NCBI GenBank assembly: GCA_965263035.1
Contig: OZ253580.1
Coordinates: forward strand, 4,832,001 to 4,896,000
From: Acidobacteriota bacterium
GTDB taxonomy: Bacteria > Acidobacteriota > UBA6911 > RPQK01 > JAJDTT01
Length of the DNA: 64,000 nucleotides
Direction of reading: 5' to 3'
Below, in pieces: positions 18,150 to 27,973 of the stretch. The position numbers and the translations under genes were made by a program. The notes beneath the pieces were generated by a model. The model ran no database searches. It was not told where the DNA came from and was given only the letters and a program-made list of their open reading frames with translations. Position 1 is the first letter of the stretch. Each line of letters opens with the position of its first letter.

Positions 18150-19141
18150 GGATCGCACCCCATCCGGTCGTGGTGAAGACACGCCGTCCGTTGGCGTCCG
18201 GCAGGCGCCAAAGGCGGTTGGGCGCCTTCGCGGCAGTCGTCGTCCGCCAGCGAACAGCGGGGCCGGAAGCGGCATCCTGAGGGCCAGGCACCGACCGATG
18301 CCGGATCCCCCGGAATGGTCTCCAGATCTTCTCCCGGCACCGCCAGGTCCACTCGCGAGGCCAGCAAGGCTCGGGTGTATGGATGGCGCGGGTTACGGAC
18401 CAACGCCTCCAGGGGTCCGTTCTCGACCGACGCGCCGGCGTACATGACCATCACGCTGTCACAGACTTCCTCGATCACGGCCAGATCGTGGGAGACGAAG
18501 ATCAGGGCCATCTTCAGACGTGCTCGCAGGCGGTTGATCAAGTTCAGGATCTCGCGTTGGATCGTCACGTCCAGCGCCGTCGTCGGCTCGTCGGCGATCA
18601 GGATCTCGGGCTGCTGAGCGAGGGCCGCCGCGATCATGACGCGCTGACGCATTCCGCCGGAGAGCTCATGGGAACGCATCTCCAGGACCTGGTCGGGACG
18701 GAGAATCCGCACCAGTTCTAGAAGCTGGAGCGCCTGGTCGTCCGCTTCCCCGGCGGCAACCTCACGGGCCGCATGGATCGCCTCGGTCAACTGAGTGCGG
18801 ACCTTGAGCACCGGATTCAGTCCGGCCAGGGAGCTCTGAGGGACGTATCCGATGCGCCGGCCGCGGATCCGGCGCCAGACCTTCTCGTCGGCCCCGGCCA
18901 GGTCCCGATCCCGATAGAGAATTCTGCCGGACGCCACCATGGCTCCGTGGCGCCGGAGCGTCCCCATCAAGGCGCGGCAGAGCATGGTCTTGCCGGAGCC
19001 CGATTCCCCCACGATTCCCAGGGCCTGACGGCGGAGCAACTGGAAATCGGCCGTGTCCACGATGGACAACAAATCTCCCTGTCGCCGCGGCACACCGATT
19101 CGCAGGCCCTCCACTCGCAGTATGGGGGAATCTACGTCCAT
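18146..19141 (-). CDS. Peptide/nickel ABC transporter ATP-binding protein
   Basis: GESGSGKT, LSGGMRQR, ADEPTTALD, HPYT, GCRFRPRC. Confidence 0.94.
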   Translation of the reverse strand: MDVDSPILRVEGLRIGVPRRQGDLLSIVDTADFQLLRRQALGIVGESGSGKTMLCRALMGTLRRHGAMVASGRILYRDRDLAGADEKVWRRIRGRRIGYVPQSSLAGLNPVLKVRTQLTEAIHAAREVAAGEADDQALQLLELVRILRPDQVLEMRSHELSGGMRQRVMIAAALAQQPEILIADEPTTALDVTIQREILNLINRLRARLKMALIFVSHDLAVIEEVCDSVMVMYAGASVENGPLEALVRNPRHPYTRALLASRVDLAVPGEDLETIPGDPASVGAWPSGCRFRPRCSLADDDCREGAQPPLAPAGRQRTACLHHDRMGCDP

Positions 19142-19225
19142 TGCTCTCCGCCTCAGTTGACATCCCCGCGGCCGATTCGGGGTGGCCAACGGCTTACCCG
19201 TTCCGTGTTTACTTAGTGATATCAA

Positions 19226-20056
19226 CTAATTCTCCCCCGCGTACCGGCCGGACAATCCGTGCGCCAGCAGCGCGACTCCGATGGCGGTCAGGGAGAGCGC
19301 CAAGCCGGGAAAGACGGTGATCCACCACTGTGCCTGCAGGTAGAGGCGTCCGTCGGCGATCATGGCGCCCCACTCGGGTCTGGGCGGGTTGACTCCCGCT
19401 CCCAGAAACGAGAGCGACGACACGGTCAGCACCACGATGACGAAGTCGCTCAGTCCATACGCGACCGTCTCGCTGTAGACGTTGGGAAGGATGTGCCGGG
19501 TCAGGACTCGCAGCCGGGAGTACCCGAGGACGCGGGTCGCCTCCACGAACTCGGCGTTCCTCAGGATCAAGGCGCGGGAACGGGCGATTCGGGCGTAGCG
19601 GGCCCAGTTCACCGCCGCGAGTCCGATCAGGAGACCGGTCACTCCGGGACCCACCACCGCCACGATGGCGATGACCAGCACCACGAAGGGGAAGGCGTTG
19701 ATGGCATCGATCAGCATCAGCCACAACCAGGCCACCAGACGGTTTCTGGTCGTCCCCAGAACGGCGCCCAGGAAGGTCCCGATGAGAAGCGGCGCCGAGA
19801 CCCCAATGAGCGCCAGGATCAGGTCCAGACGGCCCGCCGCGAAGGTCCTGGTGAAGACGTCCCGTCCCAGTTGGTCGGTCCCAAAGAGGTGCTCGACGCC
19901 GGGTGGCGACAACGGAGACCCGCTGGCGGCAATGGGATTGTGAGGGCTGAGCAGCGGAACCAGAACACTCAGGATGATCACGAGCAGGAGGATGGCGATC
20001 CCGACCAGGGCGGAACGGTTGAGATCCATGGTTAGAAGCCGCCGTAGTCGCTTCAT
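19226..20056 (-). CDS. Peptide ABC transporter permease (DppC-like)
   Basis: HLFGTDQLGRD, HILPN, LSFLG.G..PP.PEWG.MI. Confidence 0.94.
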   Translation of the reverse strand: MKRLRRLLTMDLNRSALVGIAILLLVIILSVLVPLLSPHNPIAASGSPLSPPGVEHLFGTDQLGRDVFTRTFAAGRLDLILALIGVSAPLLIGTFLGAVLGTTRNRLVAWLWLMLIDAINAFPFVVLVIAIVAVVGPGVTGLLIGLAAVNWARYARIARSRALILRNAEFVEATRVLGYSRLRVLTRHILPNVYSETVAYGLSDFVIVVLTVSSLSFLGAGVNPPRPEWGAMIADGRLYLQAQWWITVFPGLALSLTAIGVALLAHGLSGRYAGEN

Positions 20057-21054
20057 GAAACTCGGGTCCGCGGGTCGATCCAGCCGCTGACCGTATCGGA
20101 CAGGAAGCTGACGGCGACCACGATGAGCGCGAAGATCAGGATGATGCCCTGGACCACGGGATAGTCCCGCAGCAGGACCCCCTCCACCACCAGCGCCGTC
20201 CCCATGCCCGGAATATTGAACACGATCTCCACCACCACGGTGGCGCTCAGGAGCTGTCCCAGGATGTAGCCCAGCAGGCTGATGGTGGGGGCCAGCGAGG
20301 GCCGCAGCAGGTAGCGCCAGACCAGGACCGGGGCCGGCAGTCCCCGAACGATGGCCGTCTCCACGAACTCCTGCTCCATGGTCTCGGCGATGGAGCTCTG
20401 GAGGACCCGGGCCAGGATCGGAACCAGAGCCCCGCTCATGGTCAGGGCGGGGAGCCAGAGATATTGGAGGTTGCCCGGGAACCCGGGCTGGTAGCCGGCC
20501 ACCGGTGCCCAGCCCAGGCGCACCGCGAAGAGGAGGATCAGAAGCAGCCCGAAGTAGAAGGAAGGAGTGGCCAGGGAGACGGAGGTGGAGACGCGGAAGG
20601 CATGGTCGAACCAGGTGCCGCGAAGCAGGGCGGCGGCAACCCCCAGCGGAATCGCCATCAGGAGGGCCATCAACACCGTCACGCCGATCAGCCAGGCGGT
20701 CAGGGGCAGCGTCCGGGCGACCACCGAGTTGACGCTCTGTCCGGTCTGAATCGACGTGCCCAGGTCGCCCTGCGCCACCGATCCCAGGTATCTGGCGAAC
20801 TGTTGGGGAAGACTGCCCTCCAGTCCCAGGATCTGCCTGTATTTGGCGACCAGTTCCGCGGTGGCGGTGTCCCCCAACAGCATCTCCACCGGATCGCCGG
20901 GGATGAGGTGGATCAGAGTGAAGCTGACCAGCAGCACGCCCAACGCGGCCAACGCGGCCCGGGCAAGATGGCGGAGGGTCCTGGTGAGAAGGTGTGAGAC
21001 ACTGGCGGAAGAGAGTGTGGTCCGGGCGGTTTCGGGAGGCGCTCCGTTACTCAC
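20053..21054 (-). CDS. Peptide ABC transporter permease (DppB-like)
   Basis: IPGDP, GDLGTS, VEIVFNIPGMG, RDYPVVQG, IDPR. Confidence 0.94.
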   Translation of the reverse strand: MSNGAPPETARTTLSSASVSHLLTRTLRHLARAALAALGVLLVSFTLIHLIPGDPVEMLLGDTATAELVAKYRQILGLEGSLPQQFARYLGSVAQGDLGTSIQTGQSVNSVVARTLPLTAWLIGVTVLMALLMAIPLGVAAALLRGTWFDHAFRVSTSVSLATPSFYFGLLLILLFAVRLGWAPVAGYQPGFPGNLQYLWLPALTMSGALVPILARVLQSSIAETMEQEFVETAIVRGLPAPVLVWRYLLRPSLAPTISLLGYILGQLLSATVVVEIVFNIPGMGTALVVEGVLLRDYPVVQGIILIFALIVVAVSFLSDTVSGWIDPRTRVS

Positions 21055-22638
21055 CTACTCACCGGTGGAAGCTGGTTCAGAGTCTCGTTGCAACTCGGCC
21101 AGGGTCGCCACCATGGGATTGGTGCCGGGCGGGAGGTTGGCTTCGAACAGGATCTTCCGGTCGATCCGGCTCCCGACCAGAACGACCCGCTCCGAGATCG
21201 GGACGAGCGGCATGTCTTGAAGCGCCAGTTCCTGGGCGCGATGAATGAGCTCGATTCTCCGGTCGAAATCAATGGCGACGGAGGCGGAGTTCACCAGACG
21301 GATCACCTCCGGGTTGTGGTAGCGGAGCGATTCGGTCCAGGTTGCCCCCGGAATCCATTGACTCCTGAAGAAATTCATGGGACCCGCGGCCAGGCCTGAA
21401 AACTGCATCTCGTAACCGCCGGAGCGAAGATTGGAGCTGGCCACGGCATCTTCCAGGGGTTCCACCTGAACCTGGATTCCAAGTTCTTCCAGGTTGGCGG
21501 CAATGACCAGAGCGGCATCGGTCCAACCGCTACGCTGGCCCCACGCCTGCAACTTCACGCTGAAGCCGTCCCTGAAGGGAGTTTCCGCCAGCAGTTCCCG
21601 CGCCGCCGCCAGATTCCGCTTTCCTCCGTAGGGAAGGTTGAACAGGCTCTCCGGCGGTCCCGCATACTGGAATCCCCGGGCCGGAGCCGAAATTCCGCCG
21701 AAGGCCTTCTGATTGACCTCATCCCGGTCGATGGCCAGCGAGATCGCCTGCCGGACCTGAGCGTTCCGCAACGGGTGACCGTCCGGCAATCCACCGTTGA
21801 AGGCAACGTGGTACTGGCCGTTGTGAGGGGCCGGGTAGGTCTCGACCTCGGCCGGCAACGAAGTCCTCGCCGTCACCGGCAGGTCGTACACGTAGTCGAT
21901 GGTCCCGGCGGTCAGTTGCAAAACTCGGGAGGTGGGATCGGGCACGGCCACGAGCTCGATCCGTTCGATGGCCATGCGACCTCGGACATAGTTGGGATTG
22001 GCCTCGATCGTCCACTTCGAAGCCCCCGGGATCCATTCCTTCAACACGTAGGGACCGGAGCTGACGGGATGATGGAAGTATTCGGGGTCCTCTTCGATCC
22101 GGGACCGCGGATGGATGCCCATGGCCATGTGGGCCAGAGCCAGCGGAAGATCCAGGTAGGGTTCCTTCAGGTGGAAAACGACCGTTTTGGAGTCCGGCGC
22201 CTCGACCTGCCGTACGGGCGCCAGCAGCATCGGGAAGAACGGCCCCGGATGATCGCGGTTCCGCGTGTAGGCGAAGACGACGTCCCGGCTTGTGACCGGG
22301 GTGCCGTCCGAATAGACCAGTCCCTCCTTCAGGGTCACGGTGACCGTCAGGCCGTCGCCGGAGACCTCCATCGATTCGGCCAGCTCCGGCTCCACCGACC
22401 AGTCGTGATTCAGCCGGAAGAGCCGTCCGGCGATCAGATACAGAGTGACGATGCTCGGCTGGTGGGTGGAGCCCACAATGTCCAGATTGGTGAGCTTCGA
22501 GCTCAGGCTGAGGGTGACTGACGGGATGGGCAGTTCAGTCTGCCTCTCCGTTGGGCTGGGGCTGCCGTCGTCTGCCGGCCCGCACCCGAGCAGGATCGCA
22601 AGACAGAGCAGGCATGCCGGGACCAGGAGTCTTCGCAT
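21055..22638 (-). CDS. Peptide ABC transporter substrate-binding lipoprotein (family 5)
   Basis: Lipobox LLGC, PELAES, SDGTPVT..DV, SGPY.L, VRQAISLAIDR. Confidence 0.93.
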   Translation of the reverse strand: MRRLLVPACLLCLAILLGCGPADDGSPSPTERQTELPIPSVTLSLSSKLTNLDIVGSTHQPSIVTLYLIAGRLFRLNHDWSVEPELAESMEVSGDGLTVTVTLKEGLVYSDGTPVTSRDVVFAYTRNRDHPGPFFPMLLAPVRQVEAPDSKTVVFHLKEPYLDLPLALAHMAMGIHPRSRIEEDPEYFHHPVSSGPYVLKEWIPGASKWTIEANPNYVRGRMAIERIELVAVPDPTSRVLQLTAGTIDYVYDLPVTARTSLPAEVETYPAPHNGQYHVAFNGGLPDGHPLRNAQVRQAISLAIDRDEVNQKAFGGISAPARGFQYAGPPESLFNLPYGGKRNLAAARELLAETPFRDGFSVKLQAWGQRSGWTDAALVIAANLEELGIQVQVEPLEDAVASSNLRSGGYEMQFSGLAAGPMNFFRSQWIPGATWTESLRYHNPEVIRLVNSASVAIDFDRRIELIHRAQELALQDMPLVPISERVVLVGSRIDRKILFEANLPPGTNPMVATLAELQRDSEPASTGE

Positions 22639-22872
22639 GAGGCGGATTCTATCCGAGAGAACGGCAGGCGGCTAGCCGTCTACCGGATTCCCTCAGACTA
22701 ACTCCAGCCAGAATCAAGGACTCGCGCGACGTCGACCAATACAATCTGATACCAGGGGAGCTGTCCCGTCGGGATCTGCCATATGAAGCGGGGAGTACTG
22801 AGGGACGTTGATTCGCCGTGATCGGAGCTTGGCCTCCCGGTTCGCTCCGGCCGCGGAAGGAAGTCATCCGGT

Positions 22873-24612
22873 GTGTCATTGAGGAAACTGACCATGCACT
22901 CAGATAGTCGTTTGATTGCCTCGGAAAAATGTATCGGTGGACGGGGACGAACGCGACGAATTCGCCTCATGGTGACAGGTTTCTTGCTGACTTGGGTTTC
23001 AACCGGATCCGGTTTGGCTACAGGGGACGATGACTGGCGTACCCTGCTGCTGCGGGAACTCTCGAGTGCCTACCTGGAGGAAGAAGTCACCCCCGACCCC
23101 ACCGCCGAGGAACGCCAACTGCGGCTGGATCGCCTCTTTCGAGAGCTGGGTCGTCGCTTGGCGCGATCGGGTGTCAGCGCGGTACCGGTCCGTCACATAG
23201 CGAGCCTCGCGCTTCTCGGGGCCGAGTTGCCGGGTCCCGAGGGTCAACAGCCCGTGGCAAAAGTCGTCACGGCATTCGACCGTCCCTGCATCCCGGCGGA
23301 CTGCGTTGCTATCGGCTCACATACTCCCGGTATGCTCCCTCATCGCGCCTTGTCCGGCGGGCGCAGGAACGGTCTCGGTGCTCGCGAGACTTTCACCACG
23401 GGCTGTCAACCGTCCACGACTTCCGCTGTCGACAAGGCGGCCCCCCGGAAACCTGATCCGGAGCCCTCCCCGGAAGATTCTCTCCAGGCCAGGAGCTTGA
23501 CCAAGGGTCAGGAAGGCTTTCGCCAGGCGATCGAGCAATTCCAGGAGTTGCCCATGTCGGAGCGGATGGTCATGACCGGCGACGTGACCTCCGGGGTTCA
23601 GATGGCCACGGTACCTGGAGATTCGCCACATCTGACGTCGGTTTTTGGAAGGACACGTGTGAACTTTACCTTGAGAGCACTGCCGGCTCGAAGCCAGGTC
23701 TGGGACGAGGGATACTTCTTTCTCCAGATCGGTGCTGCGGGGGGACCCTTCGACAGCTCGGTGGTGGGCGGTCCCGAGTCGTTCAGCAGCTTCAACGACG
23801 TCGCCAGCGACCGCAGCCGATTCAACGAGCCGATCGCCCGAGGCAATCTCTATCTCGGCAAGGCCTTCTATGAGCAGGGAATCCGGTGGGGCAGCAGCCG
23901 CCTGAGCGCGAGAGCTGGAGTGTTCGACGTCTCCGACTACTTCGATACCAACCAATTCGCCAACAACGAGGTGCGGCAGTTCGTCAACAGTGCCTTCGTA
24001 AACGGGGCCGCCTACAAGACTGGAGTCGTCGCTCCGGGACTGGTCGGAGAATATGAGCGGCCACTGAGTTACGACCGGCTCCGCGGGGTCGCGTTTCGAG
24101 TCGGTTACGCTGTTTCCAGGACCGAACGAGCCTTCACCTCTCCCCTTTGGACGACCGAGGCGGAACTGAGGACGGTCCTCAAGAACTACCCGGGTCACTG
24201 GCGTTTGGGCATGACGCTTGGCAACGTGGCTGGTGAAGGGGGGGTGCGCGGAATCTACGTGAGTGCGGACCAGTGGGTCAGTCCGAGGGTCGGGGTATTC
24301 GGACGCTACGGCGTTGGGAATTCGGGTCCGGGGGCGCTCGTCTTCGGGCCGGTACGGACATCGTATTCGGGAGGGATTCAGTGGCGGTTTGCTGCTGAAG
24401 GCGTCCAAGACTCGGCCCTGGGTCTCGCCTTCTCCCAAGCGTTCGGGATCAGTGACGCGGCCTCCGAGAAAGTGATGGAGGCCTACTACCGGTGGCAGGT
24501 CACACGAAATTTTGCCTTCACTCCTGATTTTCATCCGGTCTTCGGTTCAGGTGGAAGATCGGCCAAGGAAACTCAGGGGGTCCTCGGAGCTCGGGTCCAT
24601 GTGAGCTTCTGA
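22873..24612 (+). CDS. OprB-like (carbohydrate-selective) porin with long N-terminal extension
   Basis: FDTNQFANNE..QF.N, EAYYRWQV, TPD, C-terminal Phe. The true start may be ATG 22969. Confidence 0.75.
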   Translation: MSLRKLTMHSDSRLIASEKCIGGRGRTRRIRLMVTGFLLTWVSTGSGLATGDDDWRTLLLRELSSAYLEEEVTPDPTAEERQLRLDRLFRELGRRLARSGVSAVPVRHIASLALLGAELPGPEGQQPVAKVVTAFDRPCIPADCVAIGSHTPGMLPHRALSGGRRNGLGARETFTTGCQPSTTSAVDKAAPRKPDPEPSPEDSLQARSLTKGQEGFRQAIEQFQELPMSERMVMTGDVTSGVQMATVPGDSPHLTSVFGRTRVNFTLRALPARSQVWDEGYFFLQIGAAGGPFDSSVVGGPESFSSFNDVASDRSRFNEPIARGNLYLGKAFYEQGIRWGSSRLSARAGVFDVSDYFDTNQFANNEVRQFVNSAFVNGAAYKTGVVAPGLVGEYERPLSYDRLRGVAFRVGYAVSRTERAFTSPLWTTEAELRTVLKNYPGHWRLGMTLGNVAGEGGVRGIYVSADQWVSPRVGVFGRYGVGNSGPGALVFGPVRTSYSGGIQWRFAAEGVQDSALGLAFSQAFGISDAASEKVMEAYYRWQVTRNFAFTPDFHPVFGSGGRSAKETQGVLGARVHVSF

Positions 24613-24636
24613 ATTCAATCCAGGCGTATCAACTGC

Positions 24637-26901
24637 TCACTCGATCACTATGGATTCGGAGGCGTGGACGAACAGCACGTCGTTCGCTCTGCCGAAGACA
24701 CGGAGCGATTGCTCCGCCTCTTCCGACTGGAGGGCGTCGGCGTTCAGCCCCGCGATGACGAGATCGGCCTTGGACGACCGGTCCGACACCTCTTGCTCCA
24801 GGGCTTCCTGCGTCGCGCAGCGGACTGATGTGACATTCTGCCTGGAGATCGGAAGCCGGCCCACGGTCACCATGTTGGAAAGATTATGTGTCTCCCGTTC
24901 GGCGTGTTCAGAGTCGAGGCAGGCGAAGAATCGGATCTGGGCCCGCCTCCATTCCGGGTGCCCCACGATGATGTAGGCCAGCAGCAACATCAGCGGAGCG
25001 TTCGACAGGTTGTCCTCGGTCACCCAGATGTGGATCGAAGACCGGTAACCGAAACGGTACTTGGCGGAACGCAATACGAGGACATTGAACTGCGACTCGG
25101 CAGCGAGACGCGCACCCCGCAAGGTTTCTTCGATCTCTTCCGGATGCTCTTTGTCGAATTCCAGCAGGACACAATTGTTGGGTAGTCCCGAGATACCCGG
25201 CATCTGAAGCGTTTGGGCCAGCGCCATTTCGAAGGAAGGACAGATGAGGGAGTCCACGAAAATACCGGCACCGCTGATCTCGCTCCGCTCAATGAGCTTG
25301 TCCACGTGGACCCGGGCCCGGGTCTCCCCGGCGTACGTATAGTCCCCCTGAAAGAACTGGATGAAATGCCCGAATCCGTGGCGGTGGCTGATCCAGCGCA
25401 TCAGGTCGAAGTGGCCGAGTCTACGTTCCCCGAAACGGGTCACCGCGACGATCGACGGACGCCAGCCTCCTTCTGACTTCTCCACGTGGTTCTTCTGCAG
25501 AGTGATCTGGAGGCGCCGGGTCAGTTGGAACATGGTGCCTTGGAAAATCGCCGTCAGGTCGCGCTCCCCCTTGCGCGTTCGACTCAATCCGTAGTAGGCC
25601 GCCACCATCAGAGAAATCGCCACGAACGCGTAGAGCACGTTCATCTGGATCATCATCAGCCCGCACATCACGGCGCCCAGAAGCGACAGGTACCAGCGGG
25701 AATGGAAGGTGGGACGGTAGGAGGGATTGCCTGCGAAGTATTCCAGGAATGAGACCGTGCAGAGGGCGCCGTAGGTCACCATGAAGAACATGCTGAGGAT
25801 CTGTGCGATGAAATCCACGCCTCCGCCGAGCACGAACAAGATCGCAATAACTCCCGTAACGCAGGTCGCGGCCACCGGTTCGTGCGCTCTGCCACGGACC
25901 CGCTTGAGTACGCGATTCAGTTTTGGAACGGGGAGCACGTTGTCCCGGGCCAGCGCCTGAAGCGTTCGGGGAGCCACCAGGATCGCACCCAGGGCAGAGG
26001 AGAAGGCGGCAGCACCCAACCCCACGTAGATCGCCGGGCCCCAGAGGGCGATCTTTGCCATGATGAACTGATCGGCAGCGAGTGCTTCCGGGGTGGCGCT
26101 CTGGGCGAGCTTGATGGCGACCAGGGCGTAGACGACCATGCCGGCCAGCGTCGCACCGATGGTGCCCAGCGGAATACTCTTCTGGGGATTCTTCAGGTCA
26201 CCGGAGAGTCCAAGGCCGGCGATCATACCCGTGAAGGCGGGGAAACAGGTCGCAAAGACAATGCCGAAAGAGTTACCGCCTTCGATTCGAGTGGTGAGAT
26301 TCAGCCCGTCGGGCTGGATCGATTCGGGCCCTTGTCCCAGGAGGAACGTCGAGATCGCCACCCCCAGAATCGCGCTGACGACCCAGAGTACTCCGACGCC
26401 CAGCTTGGCCCCAACGGTAAGCATCATCACCACGAGCAGGAGTGCGCAGGGAAGGCTGATCCAGCGGGGGTCGGGATTCACTTCGTACTGTGCGGCGGCC
26501 CATTCGTAGACGGGGTCGAACGCTTCCGCGAATGCGACGAGATAGAAAGCGACCGAGATCGCCTGCGACAAATAGAGTGCGATTCCAATTGCGCCTCCGA
26601 TGTTGGTGCCAAAGGAACGGCTGATGATGTAGTAGGCGCCGCCGCCGGCCACGCGGCGGTTGGTGGCGATCTCGGACACGGCGAGGACGGTGGGGATGGT
26701 TACGAGATGTCCGATCAGGATGATCATGAGGCTGCCCCAGAGGCCCACATGGCCGACGGCGTAGCCGAAGCGCAGGAAGAGGATCGCTCCCAGGATCGTG
26801 CTGATCGAGGCCAGGAAAACCGGAGCCGTGCCGAAACCGTGTCCTGCAACGGAGGGTGTGGCGGCGCTCGCAGCGGCCTGTCGCGGGTGTTGAGCCATCA
26901 C
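24637..26901 (-). CDS. SLC12-like cation-chloride cotransporter / amino acid permease
   Basis: TILGAILFLR, GGGAYYIISRSFG, FPAFTG..AG..SGDLKNP.KSIP.GT, PSYRPTF, WRPSI. Large cytoplasmic C-terminal domain. Confidence 0.88.
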   Translation of the reverse strand: MMAQHPRQAAASAATPSVAGHGFGTAPVFLASISTILGAILFLRFGYAVGHVGLWGSLMIILIGHLVTIPTVLAVSEIATNRRVAGGGAYYIISRSFGTNIGGAIGIALYLSQAISVAFYLVAFAEAFDPVYEWAAAQYEVNPDPRWISLPCALLLVVMMLTVGAKLGVGVLWVVSAILGVAISTFLLGQGPESIQPDGLNLTTRIEGGNSFGIVFATCFPAFTGMIAGLGLSGDLKNPQKSIPLGTIGATLAGMVVYALVAIKLAQSATPEALAADQFIMAKIALWGPAIYVGLGAAAFSSALGAILVAPRTLQALARDNVLPVPKLNRVLKRVRGRAHEPVAATCVTGVIAILFVLGGGVDFIAQILSMFFMVTYGALCTVSFLEYFAGNPSYRPTFHSRWYLSLLGAVMCGLMMIQMNVLYAFVAISLMVAAYYGLSRTRKGERDLTAIFQGTMFQLTRRLQITLQKNHVEKSEGGWRPSIVAVTRFGERRLGHFDLMRWISHRHGFGHFIQFFQGDYTYAGETRARVHVDKLIERSEISGAGIFVDSLICPSFEMALAQTLQMPGISGLPNNCVLLEFDKEHPEEIEETLRGARLAAESQFNVLVLRSAKYRFGYRSSIHIWVTEDNLSNAPLMLLLAYIIVGHPEWRRAQIRFFACLDSEHAERETHNLSNMVTVGRLPISRQNVTSVRCATQEALEQEVSDRSSKADLVIAGLNADALQSEEAEQSLRVFGRANDVLFVHASESIVIE

Positions 26902-26911
26902 AGTAACTCCT

Positions 26912-27148
26912 TCAGGGAGTCGTCACTTGCCTTTGGGTCCGGACTCTCAACTCGAAATCGAGGGAACTGTCACCGAAACCATTAAAGATGACATCCGGCG
27001 CCGGATCGGCGAGGACATTCGGATGTTCTCCACCGACGCGAAGCAGCACCGATCGCACTTTCTCCGGATCGCTCCCGTAGGATACTCCCAACGGAACGTT
27101 GATGCGGGCGTCCCGCAGTTTGAGGAAGAGGTGCGGGATCAAACCCAT
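26912..27148 (-). pseudogene. MscS mechanosensitive channel C-terminal fragment
   Basis: GVSYGSDPEKV..VLL, P.P.V.F.GFGDSSLDFELRV. No transmembrane domain, and it stops early. Confidence 0.8.
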
Positions 27149-27153
27149 TCAAG

Positions 27154-27367
27154 TCACCCGCGTCCGCTCAAGACGGACCACAAGTAGAGGACCATGCCCG
27201 TACCAACGAGCAGATTTCCCAGGCACGGGAATTAGGAACCAAGACAACGGATGATTCCAGAACAGCGTGGCCACATTGATCCCGAGCCCGATGGAGATCA
27301 GCAATCCCGACAATTGGAGTCGACCAGAAAATCCCGATCGTCCCCACGGTGATCGAATTCCACTCAT
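27154..27367 (-). pseudogene. Small two-helix membrane protein, frameshifted
   Basis: LQLSGLLISIGLGINVATLFWNHPLSWF continues in another frame as LGNLLVGTGMVLYLWSVLSGRG*. Confidence 0.55.
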
Positions 27368-27369
27368 CG

Positions 27370-27693
27370 TCAATCCTCCGGACGCCACCGCCCAAACCGG
27401 TCCGGTTTCAAGATTTCGTGAATCAGGTTGTGGCAGGTCAGACAAGATACCGAACCGTCGAGCAGTTGGGCCCGAAACGGGGTGTGAGCCTCCTGCTCCT
27501 CGTATGACTGCGCCCCGCCGTGGCATTCCAGACAGGCCCGATTCCGGTATGGCTCGTACAGCTCAACCGGCTCGGATGAGGTGCCCCAGACCTGGTGCCA
27601 GGCGTGTCTCACTCCGCGGATCTTGTCGTCGAGATCGCCGAATATCGTGTAGTCCGTGTGGCACGTGTAACCGGCGCGGCCGGCTGGAACTCG
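27370..27693 (-). pseudogene. NapC/NirT-like multiheme cytochrome c, 5'-truncated
   Basis: CLECH and CLTCH heme motifs plus a degenerate GYTCH. The frame is open up to the MITE's CTAG, and there is no N-terminus. Confidence 0.8.
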
Positions 27694-27860
27694 CTAGGAG
27701 TCTGCGCGGTAGGAATGATCGTAGCGAGAAAGCGGGGAATCGAGGCCAGATTTTCTCGATTTGGAGGTGCATAGTCGTTCTATTCGCCGAGAAATCGAGG
27801 AAATATGGACCGATTCTACCGCTTTCGTAGTAGATCAATTTCTGCGGCACAGGCTCCTAG
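27694..27860. mobile_element. MITE family A, copy 2
   Basis: Same length as 3800-3966 and near-identical. CTAG at both ends. Confidence 0.85.
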
Positions 27861-27973
27861 GAGGCTGTCCGAGAACTCGAAAAATCATAGTTTTTGAAAA
27901 CTTAACCCTTTATAAATCAATAGTTTACAAACAAGACTTTTTTAAAATAGTCTATTCTCGGACAGCCTCCTAG
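27857..27973. mobile_element. MITE family B (AT-rich, 117 bp)
   Basis: Perfect 19-bp inverted repeat CTAGGAGGCTGTCCGAGAA / TTCTCGGACAGCCTCCTAG. Confidence 0.85.
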
